Source: Octopus bimaculoides
Lineage: Eukaryota
Assembly (NCBI RefSeq): GCF_001194135.2
Contig: NC_068993.1
Span: 20,961,593 to 21,025,592 of the forward strand
Direction of reading: 5' to 3'
Length of the DNA stretch: 64,000 nucleotides
Shown piece by piece: positions 1 to 11,845 of this stretch. A program made the position numbers and the translations under genes. The stretch's first letter is position 1; each line of letters starts with the position of its first letter. The notes beneath the pieces were generated by a model, which saw only the letters and a list, made by a program, of their open reading frames with translations, made no database searches and was not told the DNA's origin.

Positions 1-343
1 GTAAAGCCGTGTACTGTCTGTAGTAGTGTTTCTAGCTCTTTGTCGTTTCTTGCATATAATTTTAGGTCATCCATATATAGAAGGTGGCTGACTGTTTTTC
101 CATAGCATTTGTAACCGCATCCAGTTCTATTTAGCAATTCTGTTAGAGGTGTGAGTGCCAGGCAGAACAGGAGTGGAGAGAGCGTGTCTCCCTGGAATAT
201 TCCTCTTCTAATGGGGATGGCTTTCGTTTTCACAAGTCCCTCTTTTGTTTGGAGCTGTAGCACTGTCTGCCATTTGTTCATTGAGTGCTCTATGTATTTT
301 ATGATAATTGGTGCCACCTTGTTTATGGCTAGTGTTTCCAGAA
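1..343 (-). mobile_element. R4/Dong-like non-LTR retrotransposon, RT region, 5'-truncated, runs off the window start
   Basis: Minus strand translates without stops: ...RRGIFQGDTLSPLLFCLALTPL...SHLLYMDDLKLYARN... (RT QGD and YMDD motifs); begins next to a short TAA run. Confidence 0.85.
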
Positions 344-929
344 TTATTATTATTTATAGTTTATTTTCATTATAACTTTATTTCAGCTGCCTCAGTACCG
401 GGCATCCTCCGGAGGACAAGAGTAGCAAGGGCGCTTTTGTTTTGCTTAGACTCACATTCTTTATTATGATGTTCGTATTTTTCACAAGGACAAATATGAA
501 TATCCGAAATTATTCTCTGCTATTTCCTCTATCAAGTTCTCTGTAATAATATTTTTTGTTTATACTTCTTGCACTGAGGAGAACAGTGATATATAATTAA
601 TTTAATCAAATTAATTTAATTATTTCTATTCTATCATGAATTTGCATTTTTTAATATCGGTGTTTGAGTCGATCGCATGAATTAAAATCCTTTCAAATTT
701 TAACATCTTCTCTTTTCTATTTTTAACAAATTTGTTGAGTTTTATGCGATATCATTCCATAAATTCACATAACACACCATATACAAGTATTATTTTCATA
801 TTCGCAAACTTACGCCAGTAAGCTACCAGCAACATATGAAGAATCTTTATTAGAAATCGTTTTTTGGAATCCTCCAAATTGAAGAAAAGAAGTATAATTC
901 AACCTTTTCACGCACACACACACACATAT

Positions 930-967
930 ATATATAGAGATAGAGATAGAGAGCGATAGAGAGAGAA

Positions 968-1032
<65 letters not shown>

Positions 1033-1045
1033 AAGAGAGAGAAAG
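930..1045. repeat. (GATA)n/(GA)n microsatellite
   Basis: Direct tandem repeat. Confidence 0.95.
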
Positions 1046-1138
1046 ATGAAGTGCGAGAGAATGAAATAAATTATCATTTAATTAGATTGTGTATATTAAA
1101 TTGGATAAATGGGAAATCTCACGAAACCTGAAATTCTA

Positions 1139-1348
1139 CAGGGTGTCCACAAAGTCTGGGTACATGGAGTAAATAAAATCATAACATAAACAATTAAATA
1201 TAAGACTTGTTTTTCTGGGGTATGTTGAAAGAGAAAGTTTACTCAATAAAGATTACAGATTTATTTATTAACATTATAATTAAACAAAATTGTTTTGTTT
1301 TAAAAGTATGTGCTAATCCCCGTGTACCCAGACTTTGTGGACACCCTA
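1139..1348. mobile_element. Tc1/mariner-type MITE
   Basis: 26-bp TIR CAGGGTGTCCACAAAGTCTGGGTACA, TA on both sides; absent at the homologous site of the other duplication arm (~35600). Confidence 0.85.
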
Positions 1349-1589
1349 TATAAAGGATCTTTTTATTTATTCCTAGTTTACTATTTCATCAACTTTACTT
1401 TATGTGGGACTGCGTCACTTTGTGTGCCTGTGATATGTATTCACTTATACGTGACAGGCTTATTTATGCAAACTATTGCTTCTATTAATATTGATTTCAA
1501 ACTTTGGCTCAATGTGAGTGAGTTCGGTGAAAGAAGCTAGTCACTTTCATGGACTCCAGTGTTCATCCGGTACTTACTTTATCCGTTAT

Positions 1590-1768
1590 TTACTTTATTG
1601 AATTTGAAATGTTCTTGCTTGATCCAGTTATATATTTATCAATACCTAAATCAAGTGCTCCAAAGCCTTTTTCGCAATGTTCTACAAATGGACCGAGTAC
1701 GAAATGGAGTTTCTTTTTATCCAGGGCAGCATTTCTTTTAGCAGTTGCATGTCGTATCATTTTTCTAT
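1590..1768 (-). CDS. Gene A coding exon 2: end of propeptide, KR site and mature peptide of a secreted prepropeptide
   Basis: Acceptor tttctcattttatAG at 1770-1769; in phase 1 reads (Y)RKMIRHATAKR-NAALDKKKLHFVLGPFVEHCEKGFGALDLGIDKYITGSSKNISNSIK*; GTAAGT donor 12 nt after the stop; homologous to 35008-35171. Confidence 0.85.
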
Positions 1769-1940
1769 CTATAAAATGAGAAACGAAAAGGGTCACACAT
1801 TAGAAAAAAACAAACAAAAACTTCTCAAAAAGGTTAGTAACATCCTGATAAAGGTTATCACATTTTTTTACATTTCAAAACTGTATTAAGTAATTCTCGT
1901 AGTCTTTCTAATATATATATCTAGACCCCCCCCCCACACA

Positions 1941-2815
1941 CAGGGTACGATGAATAAACTACCGACTAAATTACGCAAGAATGAAAATAACACTGACTTC
2001 TGATTTTAACAGATATTTATGTTACCAAAATAACATAAATATCTCGAAATAGTAAACAATAAATTTATTCAATAAGATCGTCATTGGCTTCGATCACGGC
2101 CTCCACACGACTTCGGAATCTCCTGCGACTCTTCTGGACGCTCTCCGCGTTTAAGTTGGTAAATGCAGCCATAATTCTTGCCTTCAGTTCATCTTTAGTG
2201 CTACAAGGAGTTTTGTTGGTCTCTCGCTCAACCGCGCCCCACACATAATAATCAAGGGGATTGCAGCCTGGAGAATTAGCTGGCCAGATGTTACGGGTGA
2301 TGTGGTCGCAGACATTGTCTGCCAGCCATGACTGTGTTCTGCTTGTGTGACATGATGCAGAGTCCTGTTGCCAGACATAGAGCCTTCCAATAGCCACCCT
2401 CTTGACCTAGGGTGGTACTACCTCCTCTAGACACTTGGTGTAGGCCTCCGTGTTGAGTCTGAGGTCATGTGGGAAGATGAATGGAGGCATAACATTGCCA
2501 TCACTAGTGATCATTCCAAACACCATGACGTTGACTTGATGCTTAATTTTTATAACTCTCAGTACATGTCTTCAGATTGCACTATCTTCGGATTGACATC
2601 CAAACACTCTGAAATGTTCGTATTGGAGCTTCGGGCGCGAATGCCATGCAGCACAGCATGTCGCTTCCAAATTTTTGGCAGAGTGAATTGCCTCATGGTG
2701 CTGTTTCTCTCATAGATGGTGCCCAACTGATCCTACTATATTGTGTAATCGACAAAATCCAAAACAATGCACATGCGCGAAAAAAAGAAATGGTAACAAT
2801 TTACCCGTCGCACCT

Positions 2816-2817
<2 letters not shown>
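1941..2817 (-). mobile_element. Tc1/mariner (DD37D/maT-like) element, internally deleted, in gene A intron
   Basis: WQQDSA...WPANSPGCNPLDYYVWG transposase motifs; degenerate ~20-bp TIRs; right-hand TA runs into a (TA)n tract at 2818-2888. Confidence 0.8.
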
Positions 2818-2890
<73 letters not shown>

Positions 2891-3284
2891 TATCCTTTAC
2901 CTGGACAAGCATAGAGTGCACAATATGAAATGGGGCCTTTGAAGGATATATAAAATACACAGTTTAACTGTTCATATGGAGATTCTGAATGCTATCATAG
3001 TTTAATAATCCATGGTGTAGCCTGCGTATGAACTGAATGTATTAGTGAATTTAGAAACCTCTCTTGAGTGAATCAAATATTTGTATACGCAGGTCTGAGG
3101 AAGTTTTTATTAAGAAAAAAAAATGGACAGTTGGACAAGGATGCTGGTTCCTTATCTTTACGCATCCGATATTATCCAAGAAGAAGGTTACTGCTTTAAG
3201 GCCAATACTGTTTGGCATCAATGTCGTCGCAAGCATTGCTGTCACTAAAGCAATGTCATTGCGTTACTCAGTCTGTCGGTAACG

Positions 3285-3679
3285 CTTTCATGTGATTGGA
3301 GAAGAAGAGGAAGAAAGAAAAAAGAGGAGAGAAAAAGAGGGAGGGAGAAAAAGAGGGAGAGAGAAAAAGAGGGAGGGAGAAGCGTTTATCATGTGAGGTA
3401 GAGGGAATGTAATTGTAACGCTTTCACGTGATTAGCTGAAGGGAAAGGGAGGACAAAGAAAAATGTGAGAGAAAAAGAGGATAAGACGAAGAATGAGAAA
3501 GAAAGAGGAAGAAAGAAAAAAGAGGGAGAGAGAAGCGTCCATGACGTGAGATAGGGGAAACTTAATATTTATTACGTGGTTTAAAAAGTTAGTTGAAGGT
3601 AGAGGAGGAGAGTTAGAAATACAATTTTAGCAAAGGTGTGATGTTCTGATGGTGAGGTTAAAGAAAAGCAGGGAGAGAG

Positions 3680-3751
<72 letters not shown>

Positions 3752-4242
3752 GGAGAAAGGAGAGAAGATGACGATGGTGGTGGTGGTAGTGATGGTAATG
3801 GTGATGGACAGTGAAAAGTGTATTTTTAAAATTGAACTAAGGTTTTTTTAATATCATCTATCACTTAACGCATGCGCATAAGTGCAACTCCGTGAAATAT
3901 TCACGCTTATTTACGCACCAGATACAATTTAACTAAAGGTTGTATCATATGTACGGGATATATTTTTTGCTTATGAGGGAAAATGGAAAAATAAGAGTGA
4001 ATATTTATTTTGTGAGTGCTGTGTCTATAGAATTGTGCATAAAGTATATTTATAAAGTGCATTAAGTAATCATCGTATTCCAATTACCTTTACTTTTCAA
4101 TGATTAGCAGATGAGCGACTGTCTTTCCATACACATACAACACAGGCTAGGCTTTCAGGTTTTTTGGATAAAGTTTCCAGAAATAGCCCGATAGGTTTAC
4201 CATTAATTCCATGAAATATTCACGGGTCCGTTAGTCACTAAT
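3285..4242 (+). mobile_element. Probable non-autonomous Helitron-like repeat with internal GA-rich and (GA)n tracts
   Basis: 3' end cacgggtccgttagtcaCTAAT resembles a Helitron CTRR terminus; family assignment from recall of octopus repeats. Confidence 0.45.
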
Positions 4243-4654
4243 ACTATACATGCAAATAGAGTAAACATCTTCGACATGCTTACAAATGCAAGTAAGGCCA
4301 ACATCTGTATTTTGTATTTGTTATGTCTCAAGCTACTGCTATCTAGCACCTTCGGATGATCGCTACTCAACCGCTGCACAACTGCTACTCGACTGCTACT
4401 CAACACATCTACCACGGCCAGACTACCTCTATTTATATGTCTTGGGAGATCCTACTTCTTTACCTGGAGGCGTCGATACAACAGTATTATAACACCCCTC
4501 CACTACGCAAAAATATGCGTACATATTCATGGATGAAATGTATACATTCTTACACACACGCGCACGTCATACAGAAGTACATACATATATACATACAGAT
4601 ATACATACATACCTACATTCTCATAGATGCTCTTCTGCATACATTTATACTTAC

Positions 4655-4796
4655 ACAAAACGGAAGTTTTGGTATCCTTGCTCATACGGGGCGCTTCCAT
4701 ACGTTCTTCATTCAGCGGTACAGCTTCAGTAATATACACCGAAAGAGAGTAGATGAATATAAAAGTTAACAAACTGAAGGTGTTCAAGACGTCCAT
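4655..4796 (-). CDS. Gene A coding exon 1: signal peptide and propeptide (exon starts at 4813 with 17 nt of 5'UTR)
   Basis: Acceptor ttttcttttaagtcctttacAG (4815-4814); ATG 4796; MDVLNTFSLLTFIFIYSLSVYITEA-VPLNEERMEAPRMSKDTKTSVL; donor GTAAGT 4654-4649, phase 1; 94% identical to 24801-24942. Confidence 0.88.
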
Positions 4797-4890
4797 TGTG
4801 GGATCTCGTTATTCTGTAAAGGACTTAAAAGAAAAATGAATAATTTGTCAATGTTTTAAACAAAATGCAATTATTGTTATTATTTATATC

Positions 4891-5112
4891 GAAATTTAAA
4901 GGCGGTGAGCTGACAGAATTGTTAACACGAAGGGTGAAATGCATAGCAGTATTTAATTCATCTTTATATTCTGAGTTCGAATTCTGCCGAGGTCGACTTT
5001 ACCTTTCATTCTTTCGAGGTTTTGTGAAATAAGCACCAGTCAAGCACTGGGGTCGATGTAATCGACTTACCTCACCCCCAAAATTTCAGGTCTTGTGCCT
5101 ATAGTAGAATGG
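4891..5112 (+). mobile_element. tRNA-derived SINE, family B (CORE-like)
   Basis: tRNA-like head, gtcgactttacctttcat...taagcaccag core; 12-bp TSD attatttatatc (4879-4890, 5113-5124). Confidence 0.85.
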
Positions 5113-5310
5113 ATTATTTATATCTCAATAAGAGCTGCAACTTCTTGAAAATAAAGAAAATACCATACATTCATTTGCGTGGTTGGTGCCATGTATACAC
5201 TGGATAGAACACATGAGATATCGACTTTGTATTTCGACAACGCTTATATCACAATTTGTATACCATTAAAACTGAAACATAGTGTCACGTGCTGGTATAA
5301 AGGAAAGCCA

Positions 5311-5490
5311 GTTTAATTCCAAATAGGTGTTATAAAGTCAATTTAAATGCAACTAGGTGTTGTAAAGTTAATTTATCTGGAAATAGGTGTTGTAAAGTCA
5401 ATTTAACTGCAAATAGTTGTTCTAAAGTCAATTTCATTCCAAATAGGTGTTGTAAAGTCAATTAAATAGCGACTAGGTGTTGTAAAGTAG
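5311..5490. repeat. 30-bp minisatellite, 6 degenerate copies
   Basis: Unit ~atttaattccaaataggtgttgtaaagtca at exact 30-bp period. Confidence 0.9.
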
Positions 5491-5500
5491 TACAGCTTAC

Positions 5501-5551
5501 CAAAGCAAGCAGAAGTAAGAATACATCCCTTATAAAGGGATTGAGAATAAT
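5501..5551 (-). other. Candidate non-coding 5' exon of gene A
   Basis: ctgcttgctttg|GTAAGC donor at 5500, matched by ctgcttgctttg|GTAAAC at 24087 in gene B; 5' boundary uncertain. Confidence 0.5.
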
Positions 5552-5837
5552 CTATGTCAATACAATTGATTGAGTGCAGAGAAAAAGGTTTAGGAACTAT
5601 AAAATCACTAACTAGACAACAAGAAAAATGCACGTATGCACATCAGCACACATAAACGTACACATACAAACACACTCATATGTAATACAGACAGACATCT
5701 GTGTCATTACACATGCATATATATANNNNNNNNNNNNNNNNNNNNNNNNNNNNNNNNNNNNNNNNNNNNNNNNNNNNNNNNNNNNNNNNNNNNNNNNNNN
5801 NNNNNNNNNNNNNNNNNNNNNNNNNNNNNNNNNNNNN

Positions 5838-5885
<48 letters not shown>

Positions 5886-6164
5886 CGCATTTGTGTTTGT
5901 ATGTGTAGATATGCATGTATATGTGCATATGTATGTAGGTATGCATTTATGTATGTATTCATGTATATATCTATGATAAAAGTGATGATTGGATGTTTTA
6001 CTAAATTTCTGTAGAATTCAAGCAAGTCACTAACAGCCTGAGACAAGACAATTCCAGAGATTTGAGAGCATGGGAGAATTAATGTAGTGATATATAATGG
6101 ACGGTTTGGATGTTTTTGCCCAATTATTCTGGTTCTGGTGTACCATTTGTACGAGCGATAGAAC

Positions 6165-6259
6165 AATATTTCCTTCGGATAGCATTGTGAATTGATTTAG
6201 AAATGATGTTGTGTCTCGTGGGGATATAGTACTTTGCAGATAATTTTGGTCATCTGCTG
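6165..6259 (-). promoter_or_regulatory. Conserved non-coding block upstream of gene A
   Basis: 95 bp, 10 mismatches versus 22485-22579 (inverted), better conserved than neighbouring duplicated DNA. Confidence 0.5.
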
Positions 6260-6342
6260 GTAATATTGAAGCTACTTCCAGACTCATAAATCGAGAATCT
6301 CTCTGATAATGTAAAGAGACATCTTCATCTCATATATCAACC

Positions 6343-6380
<38 letters not shown>

Positions 6381-6390
6381 GCTTGTATAT

Positions 6391-6528
6391 CTATCTATAT
6401 GTACACACACACGCACATACACACTCGCGCGCGCACACAGACGCACGGATACGCACGTACGCGCACACACACTCACACGCACACACACTCACACGCACGG
6501 ACACACACACATACACTCGCACACACAC

Positions 6529-6594
<66 letters not shown>
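6391..6594. repeat. (CA)n microsatellite with degenerate flank
   Basis: Direct tandem repeat. Confidence 0.95.
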
Positions 6595-6597
<3 letters not shown>

Positions 6598-6769
6598 ATT
6601 CTCAAATAAATTCAATTCGTTGTTTCCCTTGGATGTTATTTGAATTAGCACGAAAATATTTTTATGGAATTTTTAATGCTGTATTTTTCCTCTACAATGT
6701 TTGCTTATCTTTTTGGAAACTGAACTAAATTCTACCCGATTTCAGGTATATAACTATGGAGTATCATAT

Positions 6770-7175
6770 AAGAAATGAGCCTTTTGGATGCCCACTTCTT
6801 TTTACATTCAGTCAAGGTTCCAAATCTGCCAAAGCCGCTCGAGACATTTGAGCTGTGTACAAAGAAGGCGCTATTACTGAAAAAATTGTATAGAAATGAT
6901 TTTCATGTTTCAGAGAATAGTTTCTCCATATTTAAGCTGAGCTTTTCATTTCATTGAGGATCGTTTGAATGAACTCATTCACGAAGATTTTCACCAGTCC
7001 ATTAGGGAGTTGGCCCGGCTGATAGGATGTCCTTATGATTCTGTCGTCTGTCACTTTCAATCTATGGCTAAAGTTCCAAAACTCGGTGCATGGATGCTAC
7101 AAACTCTTAACGAAAGTGACAAATTCCAGCGCTTGTCTATCGACACCAGTTTACTCAGTCGATACCCGTGGACAC

Positions 7176-7263
<88 letters not shown>

Positions 7264-7842
7264 CTTTACCACATAATTTCATCAGTCGCGAAGAAACATG
7301 ATGATTTTAGTTTAATATGAAGCTGTGGAAACAATGGTTGAGTCACAAAGCAAGCAACACTTCAAGCCAAGCCAGAGCTACATCGACGCAAGACAGTGAT
7401 CTGCGTTTTGTTGGGTTGAGAAGGGCTAATCCACAACGAAATGTTTGAAAACTAGTCAATGCAAAGCTTTGAGCTCAGCAAATGCATCAGCTCAATTAGG
7501 CCATCCAGCTGGATCGAACCAGCGAGTGGAACAGTGAGCTTCTTCAATGCTCATCTCACGTCGCAAATTTTATAAACAAAATACTTTTCAAGCGCTCAGT
7601 TTTTGTGTTTTTGGCTGCTCTTCAACAGAATGTGCGGTGTTTCGTTCAACAACGCGGAGCCGAGAACGTGGTTCGAAGAAGTTTTCAAATCAAGATCCAA
7701 TAATTTCTCCTGTTAAAACATTGACATACTAGGAGAACGTTGCCGTGAAAATATTTGTTTAAATAATATTTTGTTAAAACTGTCATTGAAAAATAAAGAT
7801 TAAATTAAATAAACAAGAAACCTGACTTATTTCACAGCCCAA
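6770..7842 (+). mobile_element. Degenerate mariner transposon interrupted by (GA)n at 7181-7260
   Basis: ...HEDFHQSIRELARLIGC...KVPKLGAWM (WVPH-like region); 3' TIR gacttatttcacagcccaat. Confidence 0.75.
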
Positions 7843-7868
7843 TGTATGTATGTATGTATGTATGTATG

Positions 7869-9606
7869 TCTCTTCTATTTTTTAATTATTATAAATCTTC
7901 CAGTGAGGAGGGAGCCGGCTTCCAACAAAGATACAAGGCTCCATCTTTGGGATGTAGTTAACACAGACAAATTCACATTTGGAACTTGAGAAAAGTCTTG
8001 CATATTCTTACTGTTCCACTTACAGATTGGACTTATAATGTACGAATCAGCCAGTTAATTTCTCTTTCTGAAAATCCCAGTTTATCCAGATTCTCCTTTA
8101 AGCATTTACTAACAAAACCTAGTCATTGGTATGAATATGAATTCATAGTCTGGATATAGATTATTATTGGTATGAATATGAATTCATAGTCTGGATATAG
8201 AAGCTGGAGGTTTCGAAAGCAGTTGTCCATAGATATCCTCTTTTTCTTTGATTTTCAAAGAAATATTTATATCTACAGGGCAGCTAACCTCTATGATGGT
8301 ACATACCTTCACTCCTCTGTCCCAAACAACAATATCCGGCCTGTTATGCTTACATTTTGACAAGTTTTGAAGGGAATATTCCATCAGTATTCTGGATCGC
8401 ATTGATACTGGCTCGCTTAAAAATTCGCTTGTGATAGCGGAGTTTCTCACTCAACGTCCTGAGTTCAGTTTTTAAAGTGACTAGCTTTCCCTCAAGAGCT
8501 CGGTGTGGAGAGTTGCCATAAAGTTTCATTAATTTTTGTCTAAGGTAGAGTTGGTGTGGTGTAAACTCATTTTTCTCCTTACATTTTATTTTTGTAGTTA
8601 ACCATCCAATATGGCGGCGCACGTTGTAGATATTTTATTCAAGTTTTCCATCTAGGTTATTTTCGTTTAGTAATTTCGTTACTTGGTTCACTGTAGATTC
8701 CTCCTAGGTGTTCTTTAAGAGTAACAGCGGCTGTATATATAAGAGTATTAATATTCGAATAATTAACATTATATAATTCCATGTGCTCTCCAGCAATATC
8801 GTTGATAATCTTAAACATTAGATCGGTCGAATTTTTTCTCATTCTTGTTGGGGATAGTCTGTTGCTCAATGAAAGCTTCAAGAAAGTAGCAAAATATTTT
8901 ACGAATTGTAATTTTAAAATGTTTTCGAGTTGGATGTACTCCGCAGTCTTCGCCGCTGAGTCAGCTAAATTTGGAGACACTCGAATTTAGCGAAGGCGGG
9001 AGCGGTGGTTTGTCTACGTTATTTTTTACGCCGCTTCTGGCAGATTTTGACCCATTTTCAGTGTTTTGAGGGGATCGAGGACCAGATGATTTGTTTTTTT
9101 TTTTTGACAAAAGATGCTTGTTGTCGGAGCTGTTTCAGCGTGAAGGTATTTACATTGGGAAGAGCTTCGTCCCAGAATCGTTTTAACCGCTTCATGTATC
9201 CGATTGAAGGGTCATCTCGGACGTTTTCATAGCGCCGAAGTAAATCGCGGTTTAGCTGTCGAGCTCAAGTAAAGTGAGAAGAGTACTTACGTCATCTTAA
9301 ATAACTTACTGGTGAAGTAGTTCTGTTTTCAATGGTGCTGACATTGTTAGTTTCATCTGTGGTGGTGTTATTTTCAGCCATAATCGTGTTAGCGAGATTA
9401 CACGTGGTGTAGATGTTCATTTTAAAATCTGCTCAGGATAGCGCTGCGATGGCGAGTAAAAGGTGTTTCTCTTATTAATTATTGGAGACGTAAACCAGTT
9501 ACCGATTTAGGCTGGAGAAGTTGGCATATTTCTACAGGAAGGCGTTCAAAACGTACTTTTTAAATGGTCCTCTACATCTGCACGTCTGATGTTGACGGCG
9601 CCATTA
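7869..9606 (-). mobile_element. (TACA)n-flanked R4/Dong-like LINE, copy Z: 5' region fused to 3' endonuclease region, RT deleted
   Basis: KHNRPDIVVWD...IIEVSCP...KEKE REL motif at ~8200-8400; N-terminal remnant 8450-9606; sense-strand (CATA)n on both sides. Confidence 0.75.
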
Positions 9607-9681
9607 TGTATGTATGCATGTATGTATGTATGTATGTATGTATGTATGTATGTATGTATGTATGCATGTATGTATGTATGT

Positions 9682-11845
9682 ATTGAGTTTATTTCAAGAT
9701 TTCTTGCCAATAGAGAAAGAACCTGTTTCTAACCTAGATCCAAGGTTCCTTCATTGGAATTTCAACATCAACAACAGGGTATTTTTGTATGTGTGTATGT
9801 ATGTATGTATGTATGTATGTATGTATGTATGTATGTATGTATGCACAGATTTGTATGTTTTATGTATGTATTCTGATGCATATAGTTACATATCTAGACA
9901 TGCTCATATATATCTAAATATGATAAACTTCTGGAAAGTTTTACAGATTTTTACAGTTCCAGTGATGGATTGGGTCTGTAGTCTTCGAATTAGCTTTCCT
10001 CTTTCTGGTTTTGAGAGGCCGATTTTCTCAAGATTGGTATTTAGGCAGTGTGTTACATATCCCAGGGCCCCAATAATTACAGGTATAAACCTGAACTTGT
10101 AATCTGGATAGAGCAACTGCAGATTTCTCAATAGATCAGTATAGGTGTTCTCTTTTTCACTTATCTTCAGCTTATGGGCAGCTAATTTCTACAACTGTGC
10201 ACAGTTTCTCTTCTCTGTCCCACATCATTATATCAGGTCTGTTGTGCTTATATTTGTCTTCACCAGTACATTCCACCAGTATTCATTTTCATTATAAGTG
10301 GCTATGGCTTCCACCATATCGTGGGTTTCTATTTCTTTGTCCTCGGGGTTACATTATAGAGTGTCCTAACTACAACGTCATGTCTCATCGGTAGATAATA
10401 CTGTGATGACATTTTTGGACAACTGCTTATGATGTAGGTGATATCTTTAGTGTAAACTCACAAAGTCTGCATCGGTTGTCACATTTTACGGCTTTTCCTG
10501 TATCTCTAATCCCTTTTGTGCATCAGGTATTTGGTTGATATTTCCTGTTCCTGGATTGTGAAAGCATACCCTTCAAAGGGTATTCTTTCTATCATGCAAT
10601 CTATCACGGACGAATTCGGTTATTCGTCCACGATAGATTGCTTTGATGATCGATGTTACTATCATCACGGAGCTTTCTACTAACATATCCATGCATAGTC
10701 TTCTGCTCATATAGGCTCATCCTTTCATCTGATGATATGTTGCTGTAGACTCGTGCAACTTCTTTGGGCAATTATTCTAGCTTATCAGACAAAGAGTGTT
10801 GCACTAGGAGCTGCCTTCCAAGTCTTGTAATGTTATCAGCCTCATGTATGCAGACTTGGTCAAGGGATGCACTTCGACGCTTGGTGGTTAAAAGATGTTG
10901 CCGAAGGGATATGATGCAACATTCAAAGGCATTTAGGATCGATGTTAAACCTCTGCCGCCTTGTTTACGTTTTAGGTAGTGGCGGTCTACATCACTGTTT
11001 ATTTGGAAATTATGTGTGCTTGTTAGTGTTCTTCGGGTTTTCACATTAATGGCTCGGATCTCATCAAGCGTCCAATCAAGCAGCCTAAATGTTGGTATGA
11101 GTACTGAGACTGCAAAAACATTGTGGGCCATTTTTTTTATTGAATGCAGAGAGTTCTGACGTGCAAATTTTCTTTATTCGGCTGTAATATTCTTTAGTGA
11201 CACATGTTTTGTTACAGGTGCCATTGTAAGATATACTTTCATCCACCCCTAGATACCTGTAAAATTTCTCGTCAGATACAGGGGAAACGGTCAAATCTTT
11301 GACGGAGATGCTACTAGTCTGGTTTATAGTTTTCCCCCGTTTCACAACCATATAACATTTATCCTGACCAAACTCCAACCCTTTGAGAATGTTGCAATTA
11401 GGTCAAGGATTTTTTTCATCTCATGCATATTTTTTGCATAAAGTTTTAAGTCATCCACAGAGAAACAGTGTGTAATTTTGGTATTTCTGTTTCCTTGTGA
11501 ACCAGTGAGATATCCTTCAGACTTCCTTAACATGGATGATAAGGGGTTTACAGAAAGTATAAACATCACATTGAGGCTGTCTCTTTGGAATGTTCCTTTG
11601 CGATATTGTATTCTATCGGTGATTATTCAGCCACTCTTTGTGTTTAATTTCAAGATGGTGGCCCACGATGATGTCAGGTCGTGGCCCACGATGATGTCAG
11701 GTCAGCTATGACTGACTATTCTCACTGGAATTTTAGCAAGATGAATAGCTTCTAGCATCCATAAGTGGGGAACAGAGTCAAAGGCTTTGTTGTAATCTAT
11801 CCACATTAAAACTAGGCTCCTCCTGTGCTCTAGCACCTCAGACAT
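9682..11845 (-). mobile_element. (TACA)n-flanked R4/Dong-like LINE, copy Y, 5'-truncated and degenerate
   Basis: WIDYNKAFDSVPH, THCFSVDDLKLY, YRYLG, CRLC...SSC knuckle and RNLQLLYPDYKFRFIPVIIGALG motifs; 3'UTR with internal (CATA)n; (CATA)n at both ends. Confidence 0.85.

Noticed and set aside
4277-4494. Possible solo LTRs (also ~14250-14473, ~25355-25670, ~49855-50115)
   Set aside because: TG/CA-like ends or TATA boxes are present but I found no target-site duplication.
5311-5490. Regular 30-bp repeats resembling a CRISPR array
   Set aside because: No unique spacers, units are contiguous, eukaryotic context, no cas genes.
6030-6287. 85-aa ORF overlapping the conserved upstream block
   Set aside because: The paralogous copy has a frameshift after the ATG and no splice sites; treated as non-coding.
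6379-6728. Many His/Thr, Tyr/Ile, Met/Tyr/Val/Cys, Glu/Arg, poly-N/D/I and X-containing ORFs across the track
   Set aside because: They are translations of microsatellites and N gaps.
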